Shown: positions 52,698 through 63,900 of the stretch, in pieces
Layout of the letters: every line of letters begins with the position of its first letter
Numbering within the stretch: the stretch's first letter is position 1
Origin: an uncultured Chthonomonadaceae bacterium
GTDB lineage: Bacteria > Armatimonadota > Chthonomonadetes > Chthonomonadales > Chthonomonadaceae
Assembly (NCBI GenBank): GCA_963835065.1
Contig: CAWIEK010000054.1
Location: forward strand, 64,001 to 128,000
Reading direction: 5' to 3'
DNA: 64,000 nucleotides
Made by a program: the position numbers and the translations under genes
Notes under the pieces: generated by a model
Databases searched by the model: none
Told to the model about the DNA's origin: nothing
Seen by the model: only the letters and a program-made list of their open reading frames with translations

Positions 52698-53537
52698 TTA
52701 CGACTGTGACGGGGAGGCGACTTCCGCCTCCGCGCTCCGCGCCGTCTGATTGGTCTGCAGCGATTTATGTTTGGCCTGCGTGTCTCGATGATAATCGCGC
52801 TTTGACAGCAGTTTCTCCAGATACACGTACAAAACGATGAACAGGTAGCGGCTCCCCATCTCCTTGATCTTCAGTTTGGACACGCCCACGTCGCGGTTTG
52901 TCCAGGAAATCGGCACGATGGTATAATTGTACCCGCGCACAATGGCTTTCAGGGGCAATTCTACCGTTAAGTTGAAGTGGTAGGAGATGAGGGGCTGCAA
53001 GCCGTCCATTACGTCGCGCCGGTAGCACTTGAAAGCGTTGGTAATGTCGTTGTAGGGCAGGCGGAAAAGGCGCTTGATGAACCAGTTGGCAAGCCGGTTG
53101 ACGATCAGCTTGAACTGCGGATAGTCATTGATTTTGCTGCCCTTGATGAAGCGCGAGCCGAACACGCACTCGTACCCCTCGCGCATTTTCGCGTAGTACG
53201 TGGCGATGTCCTGCGGGCTGTCGGAAAGATCGGCCATAACCACGCACACGCACTCGCCCCGGTAATTTTCCAGCCCCCTGCGCACGGCAAAGCCGAAACC
53301 ATGCGGGGGCGTGTTGTTGATGTAGCGCAGAATCCCCGGATAGCGGCGCGACAAATCCTGTAAGATCGCCTCCGTGCCGTCGGAACTGTTGTCATTGATA
53401 ACCAGAACTTCGATGTCGGACACGCCCCGACGCTCGAATTCCTCAATGATGCTGACGCAGGTGCGCTCGATGCACCCCTCTTCGTTGTGCGCCGGCATGA
53501 CAATAGAAAAGTAGGGAAGACCATTTGTGGTTGACAT
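52698..53537 (-). CDS. GT2 polyprenol-phosphate glycosyltransferase (DPM1-like)
   Basis: VMPAHNEE, INDNSSDGT, GFGFAVRRG, MAD.SD, FGSRF, DITNAFKCYRR. Confidence 0.9.
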   Translation of the reverse strand: MSTTNGLPYFSIVMPAHNEEGCIERTCVSIIEEFERRGVSDIEVLVINDNSSDGTEAILQDLSRRYPGILRYINNTPPHGFGFAVRRGLENYRGECVCVVMADLSDSPQDIATYYAKMREGYECVFGSRFIKGSKINDYPQFKLIVNRLANWFIKRLFRLPYNDITNAFKCYRRDVMDGLQPLISYHFNLTVELPLKAIVRGYNYTIVPISWTNRDVGVSKLKIKEMGSRYLFIVLYVYLEKLLSKRDYHRDTQAKHKSLQTNQTARSAEAEVASPSQS

Positions 53538-53658
53538 GAAGCGACTCCTGTGGCAATCAAATCCTGCATTTTATGCGGCGAGAAATACGTCTGTCCTGAT
53601 ACGGCGCAGGGCGCTTTACACAGGCGCGAAGCCTCGGCGCGTTCCAAAACGGCGACGG

Positions 53659-55071
53659 TTAGCGGTAATAGTTGTGGAGGGTCAGCAGCGCGCAGACATC
53701 CACGCCGACGAGAACCAGAACGGCTGCCACTCCAAGCCCTGCCTGAACCGACCGGGACGCGCGCCCTTGCGCCAGTACATTATAAACGGTTTTCGCGCCC
53801 ACCGCTACCAAAACTCCGATACAGGCAAGGACGCAGAACCAGTAACGCCCCTGCGCCTGCGTATAGGTAAGGTTAAAAACAACAATGCCGGTGAAACAGC
53901 AGGCCACATAGCCGAGCGCGGCGCAAACCAGGGTAGCCTGATAACGTTCAGGCAGGCTTTCCCCGTTTTCAGCACTACTGCCCGCCTGCTTGTTTTGCTG
54001 CATAAGCCGGATTTGCTGCACAAGATAGAGAAAAACGCCTGCCCCGGTGATGCGCAGCAGCAGCGTATAAAAGGTGTAAATGCGCTCCGGCAGCGGCACA
54101 ATCATCCAGCCGAACCTTCCAATGAACGATGTATACAACTGGAAGGGAAATTCCTCGCGGAAATAGTGTGACCGGAGGGTTTTACGCGCAATCAGATGCT
54201 CCAGCGAGCGCTGTTCCATTTGCGTCGCCAGCCAATCCCCGTACAGGAGGCGGTTGCGAATCAACATCAGACTGCTCACCAGCAGAACCGCGCCGAACGT
54301 ATAGGCCAGCCGTGTGGCAAAACCCCGCAGTCCCCACCGATCCCGAACGCCCGCCCAGCACAGACACGCGAAAATACAGGGAAACAGAAACAGCCCTGTC
54401 TTTTTGGTGCAAAGCGAAAGCCCGGTGCAAACGCCCATCAGCACAAAGTCGGCGCGACGCGGCGATCCCGCCAGTATCTTGAAACTGTAAAATATCGCCG
54501 CTGTCGTCAGCAGGTTGCTGAGAACATCGTTGTTGATGTAAGCGCAATTGAACAGGAATTGCGGCAGCGTGACCGCGAACAAAGCCGGAACCGCCTGCCA
54601 GAGCGAATCGGGAAACAACAATTCCGAAATCTTAAAAATCAGAACCACCATGCCCGCGCCGGAAAGCAGCGAAAAGCAGCGTAACAGCATAAACGCCAGT
54701 TTCGCCTTGCCATCGGCGAACGTGCCGAATAGAAGGGGAGCCGGGCCGGGCGTTTCCACGTAAGTCACGTTCACCGCATAGGCATGCCCGCCATTGCTCA
54801 CGCGAACCAGCAGCGCTCCCAGAATATAGTAGAGGGGCGGCTGATGCCCTTCATCGCGGACGAACTCCGAGGGCATGTACTGGTTGGGCAAGTGCCCATG
54901 CGTGGCGACAAAGTTGATAAACGCGAGATGCGAAGGCTCGTCGGGGGCTTGTCCGACAGGAATCAGGAACACGAACAAAGCGCCGACAGCCAGAAAGTAA
55001 AGCAAAATCCCCACGCGCAGATAATGCAGCAGGGTAGGCTTGCCGCCCCTCGTCTTGTTTGTGAATTTCAC
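53659..55071 (-). CDS. ArnT/GT39-like (DUF2142) membrane glycosyltransferase
   Basis: PDEPSH, HQPPLYY, INND.L, KKTG, QGRY. Confidence 0.78.
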   Translation of the reverse strand: MKFTNKTRGGKPTLLHYLRVGILLYFLAVGALFVFLIPVGQAPDEPSHLAFINFVATHGHLPNQYMPSEFVRDEGHQPPLYYILGALLVRVSNGGHAYAVNVTYVETPGPAPLLFGTFADGKAKLAFMLLRCFSLLSGAGMVVLIFKISELLFPDSLWQAVPALFAVTLPQFLFNCAYINNDVLSNLLTTAAIFYSFKILAGSPRRADFVLMGVCTGLSLCTKKTGLFLFPCIFACLCWAGVRDRWGLRGFATRLAYTFGAVLLVSSLMLIRNRLLYGDWLATQMEQRSLEHLIARKTLRSHYFREEFPFQLYTSFIGRFGWMIVPLPERIYTFYTLLLRITGAGVFLYLVQQIRLMQQNKQAGSSAENGESLPERYQATLVCAALGYVACCFTGIVVFNLTYTQAQGRYWFCVLACIGVLVAVGAKTVYNVLAQGRASRSVQAGLGVAAVLVLVGVDVCALLTLHNYYR

Positions 55072-55087
55072 GGCGTATCCTGAAATA

Positions 55088-55232
55088 CCTCACCCCAACC
55101 CCTCTCCTGGACGCTCGTTCCTCGCTAGGAGAGGGGCTAATCTGTTGCAATCCTCTCCTGAACGCTCGTTCCTCGCTAGGAAGGGGCTATTGTTGCAACC
55201 TCTCCCATTCGCTCGTTCCTCGCCGGGAGAGA
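55088..55232. repeat. three tandem about 50-bp hairpin units
   Basis: CCTCTCC..CGCTCGTTCCTCGC..GGAGAGGGG repeated three times. Confidence 0.8.
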
Positions 55233-55238
55233 CTCTTT

Positions 55239-55270
55239 CCTAATGCCTAATGCCTAATGTCTAATGCCTA
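55239..55270. repeat. CTAATGC heptamer array beginning at the epimerase stop codon
   Basis: cctaatgcctaatgcctaatgtctaatgccta; last CTA is the TAG stop of 55268-56335. Confidence 0.85.
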
Positions 55271-56335
55271 CTCTGCCCATCGCTCCCGATTGTACGTATA
55301 AATCTCGTTGAGAATGTCGGACACGTTTTTGGTGTGCGTCCAGGCGGGATAGTGCGTCTTGAACTTGGTCATGTCGCTGATGTACCAGATGTGGTCTCCG
55401 ATGCGGTTGTCTTCCACATACTGCGTTTTCATCTTGTTGCCTGTGATCTCTTCGCACATCTGAATGGCTTCCAGCATGGAGCAATTGCTGTAACGCGCCC
55501 CGCCCACGTTGTAGGCTTCGCCCTGACGCGGGTTCTCATAAAAATGGTAGAACAGGCTGACAAGATCGTGGCTGTGGATGTTGTCGCGCACCTGCTTGCC
55601 CTTGTAGCCGAAGATGCGGTACTCCTTGCCCGTCGCGGCGCACTTCATCAGGTAGGCGAGAAAGCCGTGCAGTTCCGCGCCCGAATGTCCCGGCCCGGTC
55701 AGGCAGCCGCCCCGAAACACGCCCGTGTTCATGCCGAAATATTTGCCGTACTCCTGTACCATCACGTCGGCAGCCACTTTGGACGCCCCGAACAGCGAGT
55801 GCTTGCTGGCGTCAATGGACATGTGTTCGTCAATGCCCTCTTTATAATAGGGGTGCGATTCGTCTATCTCCCAGCGCGTTTCGAGTTCCAAAAGCGGCAG
55901 GCGGTTGGGCGTGTCGCCGTACACTTTGTTGGTGGAAGTGAAGATAAACACGGCTTCGGGGCAGAATTGGCGCGTGGCTTCCAGCATGTTGAGCGTGCCG
56001 TTGGCGTTCACGGTGAAATCGGTAAACGGCTCGCGGGCGGCCCAGTCGTGGGACGGCTGCGCGGCGGTATGCACCACGAGTTTCACGTCGCTGCCGTACT
56101 TCTCAAAAATGCGCGACAGCCCGCCGAAATCCCGAATATCGGCGGCCTCGTTGGTGAAGTTGGGCAGGGACGAGGTAAGTTGGTTCAACTGCCACTGCGT
56201 CGAGGCTTCCTCGCCGAAAAAGTATTTGCGCATGTCGTTGTCAATGCCGACGATGGCAAAGCCCTTGCCGCTCAGATACCGCACGGCTTCGCTGCCGATC
56301 AATCCGGCGGAGCCGGTCACAATCGCTACGGACAC
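55268..56335 (-). CDS. NAD-dependent epimerase, CDP-paratose 2-epimerase (RfbE)-like
   Basis: [35 protein letters not shown]. Confidence 0.85.
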   Translation of the reverse strand: MSVAIVTGSAGLIGSEAVRYLSGKGFAIVGIDNDMRKYFFGEEASTQWQLNQLTSSLPNFTNEAADIRDFGGLSRIFEKYGSDVKLVVHTAAQPSHDWAAREPFTDFTVNANGTLNMLEATRQFCPEAVFIFTSTNKVYGDTPNRLPLLELETRWEIDESHPYYKEGIDEHMSIDASKHSLFGASKVAADVMVQEYGKYFGMNTGVFRGGCLTGPGHSGAELHGFLAYLMKCAATGKEYRIFGYKGKQVRDNIHSHDLVSLFYHFYENPRQGEAYNVGGARYSNCSMLEAIQMCEEITGNKMKTQYVEDNRIGDHIWYISDMTKFKTHYPAWTHTKNVSDILNEIYTYNRERWAE

Positions 56336-57399
56336 TACTTTCCTCCCATGAACTTCTGGAACTGCGCCTGATGCGCGTCCAGCCAGTGAAAAATGTCGGT
56401 TAAAATGGTTTCGGGGCTGCGCGTCGGCTTCCAGTCGAACGTGCCTTCTGTCGCGCCGTTGTCCGTCACGTACCAGATCACATCCGCGGGACGGTCTACG
56501 GCGTCGGGCGTCACGTCTACCATTTTACCCGTAATCGCCTGACATAAGCGCGTGGTTTCCAGCAGCGACAGGCTGCCGTTCGCCCCACCCCCCGCATGAA
56601 ATACCTGCCCCCGGTAATCCTTAATGGCGGCAATCTGCTTTGTAATCAATTCCGTCAGGTCGGCGATGTGCAATAGATCGCGCACCTGCTTGCCCTTGCC
56701 GCCGAAGCCGATGTACTTGAGGTTTTTGCCAAAGATGTGCTGCGCCAGCCAGTAAGTGAACACGCCCTGATCCACTTTGCCCAACTGCCACGGCCCGGCA
56801 ACCACGCCGCACCGGTTGATGATACACGGCAGGTCGTACTGGCGGCTGTATTCCTGCAAAATGATTTCGGACGCCAGTTTGGTCGCGCCATACAGCGAAC
56901 GCGCCCCGTCAAGCGGAAAATCCAGAGCAACGCCGCGTTCGCTGACGCCGGGTTTGTTGTCGGCGTACTGGAAGCGGGTTTCGCCCTCGGTAAAATTCAG
57001 TTCGTTCAGCGGCGTATACGGATACACGCGGGACGTGGACAAGAACAACACGCCCATGTTGCGCTGCCGGGCAAACTCGAAGCAGTGCAGTGAGCCGACG
57101 AGATTGTTGTTGAGCATGTACGTGGCGTCCGCGCCCTGCGTCCCGACAAGCACGGAGGGTTCCGCGCTGCACTCGATCATCACATCGAAGTCGCCCTTGA
57201 GCCGCTGCAAGTCTTCCGGGCTGCGAATATCGCCGTGCGCGAACGCGCCGCCATGCTCCAGAACCCGCGCCAGCAGCACTTCCGAACCGCGCCGCGATAA
57301 ATTGTCCAGACAGGTGACGGAATGGCCCTGCCCCGCCAGCGCAACCGCCAGATTGGAGCCGATAAAGCCGCACCCGCCCGTAATCAATAAGTTAGCCAT
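56335..57399 (-). CDS. NAD-dependent epimerase/dehydratase, RfbE-like paralog
   Basis: [36 protein letters not shown]. Confidence 0.85.
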   Translation of the reverse strand: MANLLITGGCGFIGSNLAVALAGQGHSVTCLDNLSRRGSEVLLARVLEHGGAFAHGDIRSPEDLQRLKGDFDVMIECSAEPSVLVGTQGADATYMLNNNLVGSLHCFEFARQRNMGVLFLSTSRVYPYTPLNELNFTEGETRFQYADNKPGVSERGVALDFPLDGARSLYGATKLASEIILQEYSRQYDLPCIINRCGVVAGPWQLGKVDQGVFTYWLAQHIFGKNLKYIGFGGKGKQVRDLLHIADLTELITKQIAAIKDYRGQVFHAGGGANGSLSLLETTRLCQAITGKMVDVTPDAVDRPADVIWYVTDNGATEGTFDWKPTRSPETILTDIFHWLDAHQAQFQKFMGGK

Positions 57400-57582
57400 A
57401 AGAATTTACAAAGAATCTACAATGGGAAAATCAGTGTGACACATTCGTATATTGCAAGTTTCGTGCCAACCAACGCGGAATCAGGCAAATGTCTGAATTA
57501 AACGTGAATTTTGCGCGTATACCGGGGAAGCCGCCGAAACAAACCGGATTGGGAGAAGAACAACCACTTGCTTATAGTATAG

Positions 57583-57737
57583 GTAACTATTCACCACCAA
57601 GTCTCCAAGAACACCAAGAAGAACGAAAAGAAGGACATTGTAAAATTGCAGAAGATATGGAAAGCTTAACACGTTCTGCTCTGGTGGTATTACCTGCATT
57701 ACTTGGTGTTCTTGGCGTCTTGGTGGTGAATAGTTAC
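57583..57737. repeat. 9-bp-periodic palindromic element (TCACCACCAAG type), copy 2
   Basis: GTAACTATTCACCACCAAG...CTTGGTGGTGAATAGTTAC; homologous to 14718-14863. Confidence 0.88.
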
Positions 57738-57801
57738 TATTATAGCAGACTTGCCGCGGAAAGCCGACAGCCGCGCCGGAGAAATTGTTCAATCACTCAG
57801 A

Positions 57802-59833
57802 TTACTCCGGTGGTTCCTGCATAAGACGTGGATCAAGCAACGACTGGAGTTCCGATTCTGTCACGGGATGCGCAATCATCGGGGGGCAGGAGGTGAGGTC
57901 AACTTCGATTTGCGGCTGCATCCAGAGGTTCGGTTTCCAGGAGTCTACCTCAAGTTTGAAACTGCGCACCCTTTTTCGGGCCGCGCCGTGATATAAATGA
58001 ACAAAATCACTCGTATTGTCCACGTAAGGGTCGAGCAGGAAATTCGTTTCCGCCATCGCGGGAATCAAGCGGCGGCGTACCTGCGTTCCATCTTCAAGAC
58101 GAGCGATGATATAAATGGGAACCTGACGAACCGCGATGTCGCGCAGTTTGCCTGCCAGTGTGGGCCGCGTATGAACCGACAGCAGATGCCATGCCGTCGG
58201 GTCTGTTACGGGTATCTCCGTGCCGAAATCAACGCGGGAACGCGCAGAGCCGGTTTGCAGTCCTGCCGGTTGACGCGGCTGAGACGGGACGGCGGAAGTC
58301 CCGGCCTGGCGTTCAAACAGCACGAATCCCTTTTCGGACAAAACGGGGCGGTACTGCTTTGCCAATTCCTGCATCGCTTCGCTGTCTTCCAGCATCGGCC
58401 AGTGCTGATCAATGGGATATAAATTGAGCAGAATAAAGGCGGGCGCCTGGGAACCGCGATAAAAGTCACCGTTCATCTTGAGCAGGCCGGGCGTAAAGGC
58501 GGAGTAACTCAGATAAACGGGGCGCGGGCGATAGTTCAAGTTGTTGAGGAACGCCACGAACTGGCTGGTCGAAATCACATCAATGGACGCAGCGCCAACA
58601 TAAGCGTCAACGGCGGGAAGATGCCACCGCTGCGCCTCCTGCGTATACTGCGCATCCAGATTATGCTTTACCCTGCAATGGCGCGAACACCATTTTTGCG
58701 ATTGGCAGGGGATCATGCAGCATCCAGAGAATCTTCTCGCGGCTGCCTTCCCTGCCGCTCGCTTTGAAATAACTGAACAGGCTTAACAGTGCGCAGGCAA
58801 TCAGCGCGGCTGCCTGCCACTTTGGCACTGCGCGGCAGGCTCCGAAATAGATGGGAAGCAGGAGGGGAACAAGGGTCATGCACCCGAAGAATATCAGTAC
58901 ATGCCCGTCTGCGCGAACAAAGCTATGCTTCCACACTTCCACAAGTATCAGGGCAAGGATGGCCCAGGAAAGCGCGTTTTGTTCGGGGTAGCCGCGTTGA
59001 ATTTTCCAGGCCATGAAGATCACGGCAAACAGGATGAGAACGCTTAAAACCATGAAATCCGCGCTGATAGGCAGTCCCATCGCGCTGCTGTAGCCCGCGC
59101 TTACCGCCGTCATGTTTTTGAAGTACATCGGCAGCGTACTGATCGGCTGTTTCAGCAGGAGCCAGAGCGCAAAAAACAGGAGCGTGAAAATGCCGGCAGG
59201 ATTGGCGTACCAGGGCCGCTGCAGCCGCTTATTGGCAAGCGAAGCGCAAATCACGACGCAGGCTCCGGCGATGAAAAACGTAAACTTCATAAAGCCGAGG
59301 ATGTTGAGCGCGAATAGATTGACAAACAGATACCCCGGCTTGCAGTCTTTGGAGCCAAGCAACAGCTGCGTGATGGTGATCAGCAGCATGTAGCAGGCAA
59401 TATCCGGGTTGTGTTCAAACGGAATGAACACGCCGCAGGCCAGCAGAAAACCGGCCTGCAGACGCCAATTTCCGTAGCCTTTCGCCAGACGAAACAGATT
59501 GTAAGCGAGCAGGCCGTACAGCGCGCATCGGAAGGCGAGGTACCACCAGAAAAGTTCCGGGTCATACACGCTGGTAAAAAAATAGCCCAGCAGGGTTGTA
59601 GGGAAAACGTAATCCACGCCCGCGTGAAAGCCATGTTTCAAAAAGTAGGCGTTGCAATACATCCACGAACTGTCCAGCATCGCCGCCGTTGTGCCGTGTG
59701 GGACAACAGGAACCATCAACAAGCGCAGCCACAGCAGCGCGCCGAGGCCGCCGAGCAATATATCTGCCGAATGGCGCGTAAGCCAGTCTTTCAGGGAAGC
59801 ATATAGTGGTATCGTGGAGTGTTTTGGAACCAT
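57802..59833 (-). CDS. polytopic membrane protein, paralog of 50553-52667 (frameshift near 58690)
   Basis: LDSSW, GVDYVFPT, KHSFVRADGH, RPVYLSYSAF, MNGDFYRG. Confidence 0.72.
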
Positions 59834-59840
59834 AACCGGA

Positions 59841-59876
59841 GAAAAGAAGGTTCTGTCTTGTTTTGACAGAACCTTC
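59841..59876 (-). terminator. rho-independent terminator after aspS
   Basis: 12-bp stem GAAGGTTCTGTC / GACAGAACCTTC followed by TTTT on the minus strand. Confidence 0.75.
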
Positions 59877-59886
59877 CTGCCTGTTT

Positions 59887-61704
59887 CTACTCGCTCTTTT
59901 TATGTGGTATGGGACGCAATCCGAGTTCCTTCAATTGCGATTCATCCACGTCGGAAGGCGAGTCCATGAGCGGGTCGTAGCCCAAGCCCATTTTGGGGAA
60001 CGCCATCACTTCGCGGATGTTCGGCTCGTCCAGCAGGTTCATAATCAGGCGGTCTATGCCGGACGCGAACCCGCCGTGCGGCGGCGCTCCATAGGAAAAC
60101 GCTTCCAGAATGTGCCCGAACCGCTCCTGCTGCTTTTCCTTGCTGATGCCCAACAGGTCGAAGACGCGCGCCTGTATGTCGGAGCGGTGGATACGGATGC
60201 TGCCCGACGCCGACTCCTGCCCGTTGCATACGAGGTCGTAGCACTGCGCCCGGATTTTGCCCGGATCGGTGTCGAAGTAGGCCAGATGCTCCTCATACGG
60301 CATGGTAAACGGATGGTGTTCCGCGTCCCAACGGTTCTCGTCCTCGTTCCACTGCACGAGCGGAAAGTCCGTGACAAGGCAGAACGTCAGCTTGTCGGGG
60401 TCGCGCAGGTTCAAGCGCCGCCCGATTTCCAGCCGCAGCCGCGAAAGGACATTGGCGACAACCGCTTTTTTCGGGTCGGCAATGATGCCGATCAAGTCAC
60501 CGGTTTCAGCTTCACACGCGCTCAGTACCTGTTCCAACTGCTCTTCGCTCAGGAACTTGGCAATCGCGGACTTTACGCCGGAGGAGAGCGGCTGCGCGGT
60601 TCTGTCCGTGACCGCAATCGTCGCCAGTCCCTTCGCGCCGAACTCCTTGCAGAACTCGCCCAAGGTGTCCACGTCCTTGCGCGACAGGCTTGCTCCGCCC
60701 GGATAGCGAACGGCCTTCACCTGCCCGCCCGCTTCCAACGCGGTTTGAAACACGCTGAAACTCGATTCGCGGACGAGTTCGCCCAAATCCACAAGGGTCA
60801 GGCCAAAGCGCAGGTCGGGCTTGTCGTTGCCGTACAGGCGCATGGACTCGTCATACGTCAGGCGCGGAAACGGCGTGACCATTGTTTTCGCGCTGACCCG
60901 GCTGACCACTTCCGTCGTCACGCGCTCGATGACCTGCAAGACATCTTCCTGCGTGACAAACGACATTTCCACGTCCAGTTGCGTAAACTCCGGCTGCCTG
61001 TCCGCCCGCTGCGCTTCGTCCCGGAAACAGCGCGCGATCTGGAAATACCGCTCGCACCCGCCCACCATCAGCAATTGCTTGTACTGCTGCGGCGATTGGG
61101 GCAGGGCGTAAAACTGTCCCGGCTGGATGCGGTAGGGAACCAGGTAGTCCCGCGCGCCTTCGGGCGTGCTTTTGGTGAAAATCGGCGTTTCGATTTCCAG
61201 AAAGCCCTGCTCGTCCATCACGTCCCGGATGATTTTAACCGCCCGATGCCGCAGTTCCAGCATCTGGTACATCTTGGGACGGCGCAGGTCAATGTAGCGA
61301 TGCTTCAAGCGCAGGGTCTCGTCCACATTGACCATCTGCTCCTCGTCGCTGACCGGGAACGGCAGCGTTTTGGAAGCGTTCAGCACGTCTATGGACTTCG
61401 CCGCCACTTCGATCTCGCCCGTTGCCAGTTTGGGGTTTTCGCGCCCCGCCGCCCGCCTGCGCACGGTTCCGCGAACGCTGAGAACGTACTCGCTGCGGAC
61501 GCTGTTGGCAAGCGCCACCAGTTCCGGCACATCGTTTTTATCTATCACGACCTGCACCAGACCCGTGCGGTCCCGCAGGTCAATAAAGACCAGATCGCCA
61601 AAATCGCGCTGCCGGTGAACCCAGCCGTTGAGCGTCACCTCCGTGTCAACCTGTGCCGCCGTAAGCGCGCCGCAATGCACGGTACGCTGCCAGTTGCCTG
61701 CCAT
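59887..61704 (-). CDS. aspS: aspartate--tRNA ligase
   Basis: FIDLRDR.G, STPEGARDYLVP, ALPQSPQ.YKQLLM, CFRDE..RADRQPEFTQLD.EM, HHPFT, GAPPHGG. Confidence 0.97.
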   Translation of the reverse strand: MAGNWQRTVHCGALTAAQVDTEVTLNGWVHRQRDFGDLVFIDLRDRTGLVQVVIDKNDVPELVALANSVRSEYVLSVRGTVRRRAAGRENPKLATGEIEVAAKSIDVLNASKTLPFPVSDEEQMVNVDETLRLKHRYIDLRRPKMYQMLELRHRAVKIIRDVMDEQGFLEIETPIFTKSTPEGARDYLVPYRIQPGQFYALPQSPQQYKQLLMVGGCERYFQIARCFRDEAQRADRQPEFTQLDVEMSFVTQEDVLQVIERVTTEVVSRVSAKTMVTPFPRLTYDESMRLYGNDKPDLRFGLTLVDLGELVRESSFSVFQTALEAGGQVKAVRYPGGASLSRKDVDTLGEFCKEFGAKGLATIAVTDRTAQPLSSGVKSAIAKFLSEEQLEQVLSACEAETGDLIGIIADPKKAVVANVLSRLRLEIGRRLNLRDPDKLTFCLVTDFPLVQWNEDENRWDAEHHPFTMPYEEHLAYFDTDPGKIRAQCYDLVCNGQESASGSIRIHRSDIQARVFDLLGISKEKQQERFGHILEAFSYGAPPHGGFASGIDRLIMNLLDEPNIREVMAFPKMGLGYDPLMDSPSDVDESQLKELGLRPIPHKKSE

Positions 61705-62574
61705 AGAGCAACCTCCTGCCTGAAAAATCAATGCGGAAAAAGTGGGTATCATTAAGACAGCGCAGACGCGCTGCAGGTTGCGCTCCGTAACCACAAAACG
61801 TGAAAATAGCCGCGAATGAACGCGAATGAACGCAAATAAACTGTCAATACCCCTTCATTCTATCTCATTTTGCCTCGTTCTGTCCACAGCCGGAACTTCT
61901 TACGCAGGGTCGGCGCCTCTAAACGGAAAAAGAAAAAGAGTATGTAGAGACAGCGTCGAAATCTTGGCAATGCAGCGCTTCCAGCCCGATGTCTCGTTGT
62001 GTCAGATTGTAAGAAGAGAGGCGTCGTGACCTCGTAAGCGTCAGGGCGAACGGGGAGAGTGTACAGGCATCTTCTTGCACCTCCCTTCCGGGTTAGTTGA
62101 TAGTTGAGAGTTGATAGTTGATAGGCACTATGAACTTTCAACGTCCCGCCACCTGGCTCGTTAGCAGTCTCTACTATGTAGACGTGCATTTACATTTAGA
62201 CGAGGTGAAGACAGAGAAGGTTCATTTGATTCTGCTGTTTATGTAGATATTTTTCTACTTTTTGCGCGTTCCTTTTGGATTGGGCAACCAGGAGGAGGGA
62301 CGCAGGCGCAGCACAGGGGCGAATGTATCCCGACGGGAGGGTGTTGAGCATTTTAGATGCGCCGGCCCTGACTTATTACGCGAGGCAGGGATTACCGTTT
62401 TGCGCGGCGAATAGAGTGGCAGCATCCCAAATTTCCGAATACCCGGCTGTACGGCCTCCGTATTATTGTTCAGGCGACAGGTGAATTTGTCAGGATACCG
62501 CCTTTTATTCTATAATATTTATGTTGCTATATCAATGTTCTTGCCTGCCGCCATCTGCGGAGGAGAAGTAAATT

Positions 62575-63578
62575 ATGAGTGCGCCGAATAAAGACCAGAA
62601 CCCCGTATTGATTGCTGCAATGATTACCGCGATTGCCGCGATAATCGCCGCCCTGATCTCAGGCACAATGGGAATTTATGCTGCCGGCAGATCCAATGGG
62701 TCGTCAGCAAACATCGTTACCAACAAGCCGCCTGCGCCTACGCCGGGAACATCCCCTGGACAGTCCTCCGGCCCGTCTCCGATAGAGTCGCGCAATCCAT
62801 CCACGCCGATTTCATCAGGCCCGCTTCCCTTTGAGCCGCCGCGCAGGGATCCCCCGGCGACAAAAATCAACCCCAAAGATGGGGCGGAAATGATCTTGAT
62901 ACCCGCCGGCGCGTTCCTCATGGGCAGCAAGGCTGGGAATTATGAGGACGAAAAGCCGCAGCGCAGCGTGGATATGGATGGCTATTACATCTACAAATAT
63001 CCGGTGACGGTGACGCAGTACCGCAAGTTCTGCGAGGACACAGGAAGAACAATGCCTGCTGCGCCCTCGTGGGGCTGGAATGCGAATCATCCGATGGTGA
63101 ATGTGAGTTGGGAAGACGCGGACGCTTATTGCAAGTGGACAAGTGGAAACAATCCGGGCAGTGTGCGACTGCCGACGGAAGCGCAGTGGGAAAAAGCGGC
63201 GCGCGGTACAAACGGGCTGATATACCCCTGGGGTAACAATTGGGACGCCAGCCGTTTGCAGTGTTCAAAGAAGACCTTTACGACGCGGGCGGCACGGCTC
63301 CCATAGATAGTTTTGAGGCGGGGCAAAGCCCCTATCGCGTCATGCACATGGCGGGGAACGTCTGGCAGTGGTGCGCGGACTGGTATGACAAAGACTACCT
63401 ACAAAACCGCGCCGGAGCAGAACCCAACGGGGCCGAGTTCCGGCTCGGATCGCCGCGTCCTGCGCGGCGGTTCGTGGGTCGACGACGATCCCGACAACTT
63501 CCGCGCCGCCAACCGCCTCGGGTACAGCCCTACTACAGGGACAACTTCGTGGGTTTCCGCTGCGCCTCAGGACTTTGA
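62575..63578 (+). CDS. membrane-anchored FGE-sulfatase (SUMF1) domain protein (frameshifted)
   Basis: N-terminal TM, Pro linker, IPAGAFLMGS, YPVTVTQY, PMVNVSWEDA, RLPTEAQWEKAARG, MAGNVWQW, RVLRGGSW, GFRC. Confidence 0.85.
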
Positions 63579-63579
63579 G

Positions 63580-63900
63580 TACCCGGCCATGAATGGCACG
63601 GGCTGCGAACGGTAAGCCGGATAAATCCGGCTGTAGAAGTGGTTTTGTTTCGGTAATGCAGGCGGTTTTATGCAGGGGTACTGGTACACCATCAAGGTAG
63701 AAGAGTTAGGTAGGGGCGCTGCTTGCCGCGCCATCGTTTGAGGATTTGCACCCTCATTTGCGGAGGGTTCCGCATGTTTGCGGAGGGTTCCGCAAGCAGA
63801 ACCCCTACAGTGTATTCTTACGTTCACCCTTGACGGAGTACGTAGGTGTACAGCCCCGTTTACGGGGCTTACCTTGCGCAGCCCGATGAATTCCTGCGCT
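63580..63900. repeat. cluster of GTAG-type REP-like palindromes
   Basis: GTAGGGGCGC...AACCCCTAC pair, TTTGCGGAGGGTTCCGCA x2, AGCCCCGTTTACGGGGCT, AGCCGGATAAATCCGGCT. Confidence 0.55.

Noticed and set aside
59863..61755. Long antisense ORFs (also 16855-18567, 35458-36753, 46352-47548, 55334-56371)
   Set aside because: Shadow ORFs opposite well-supported high-GC genes
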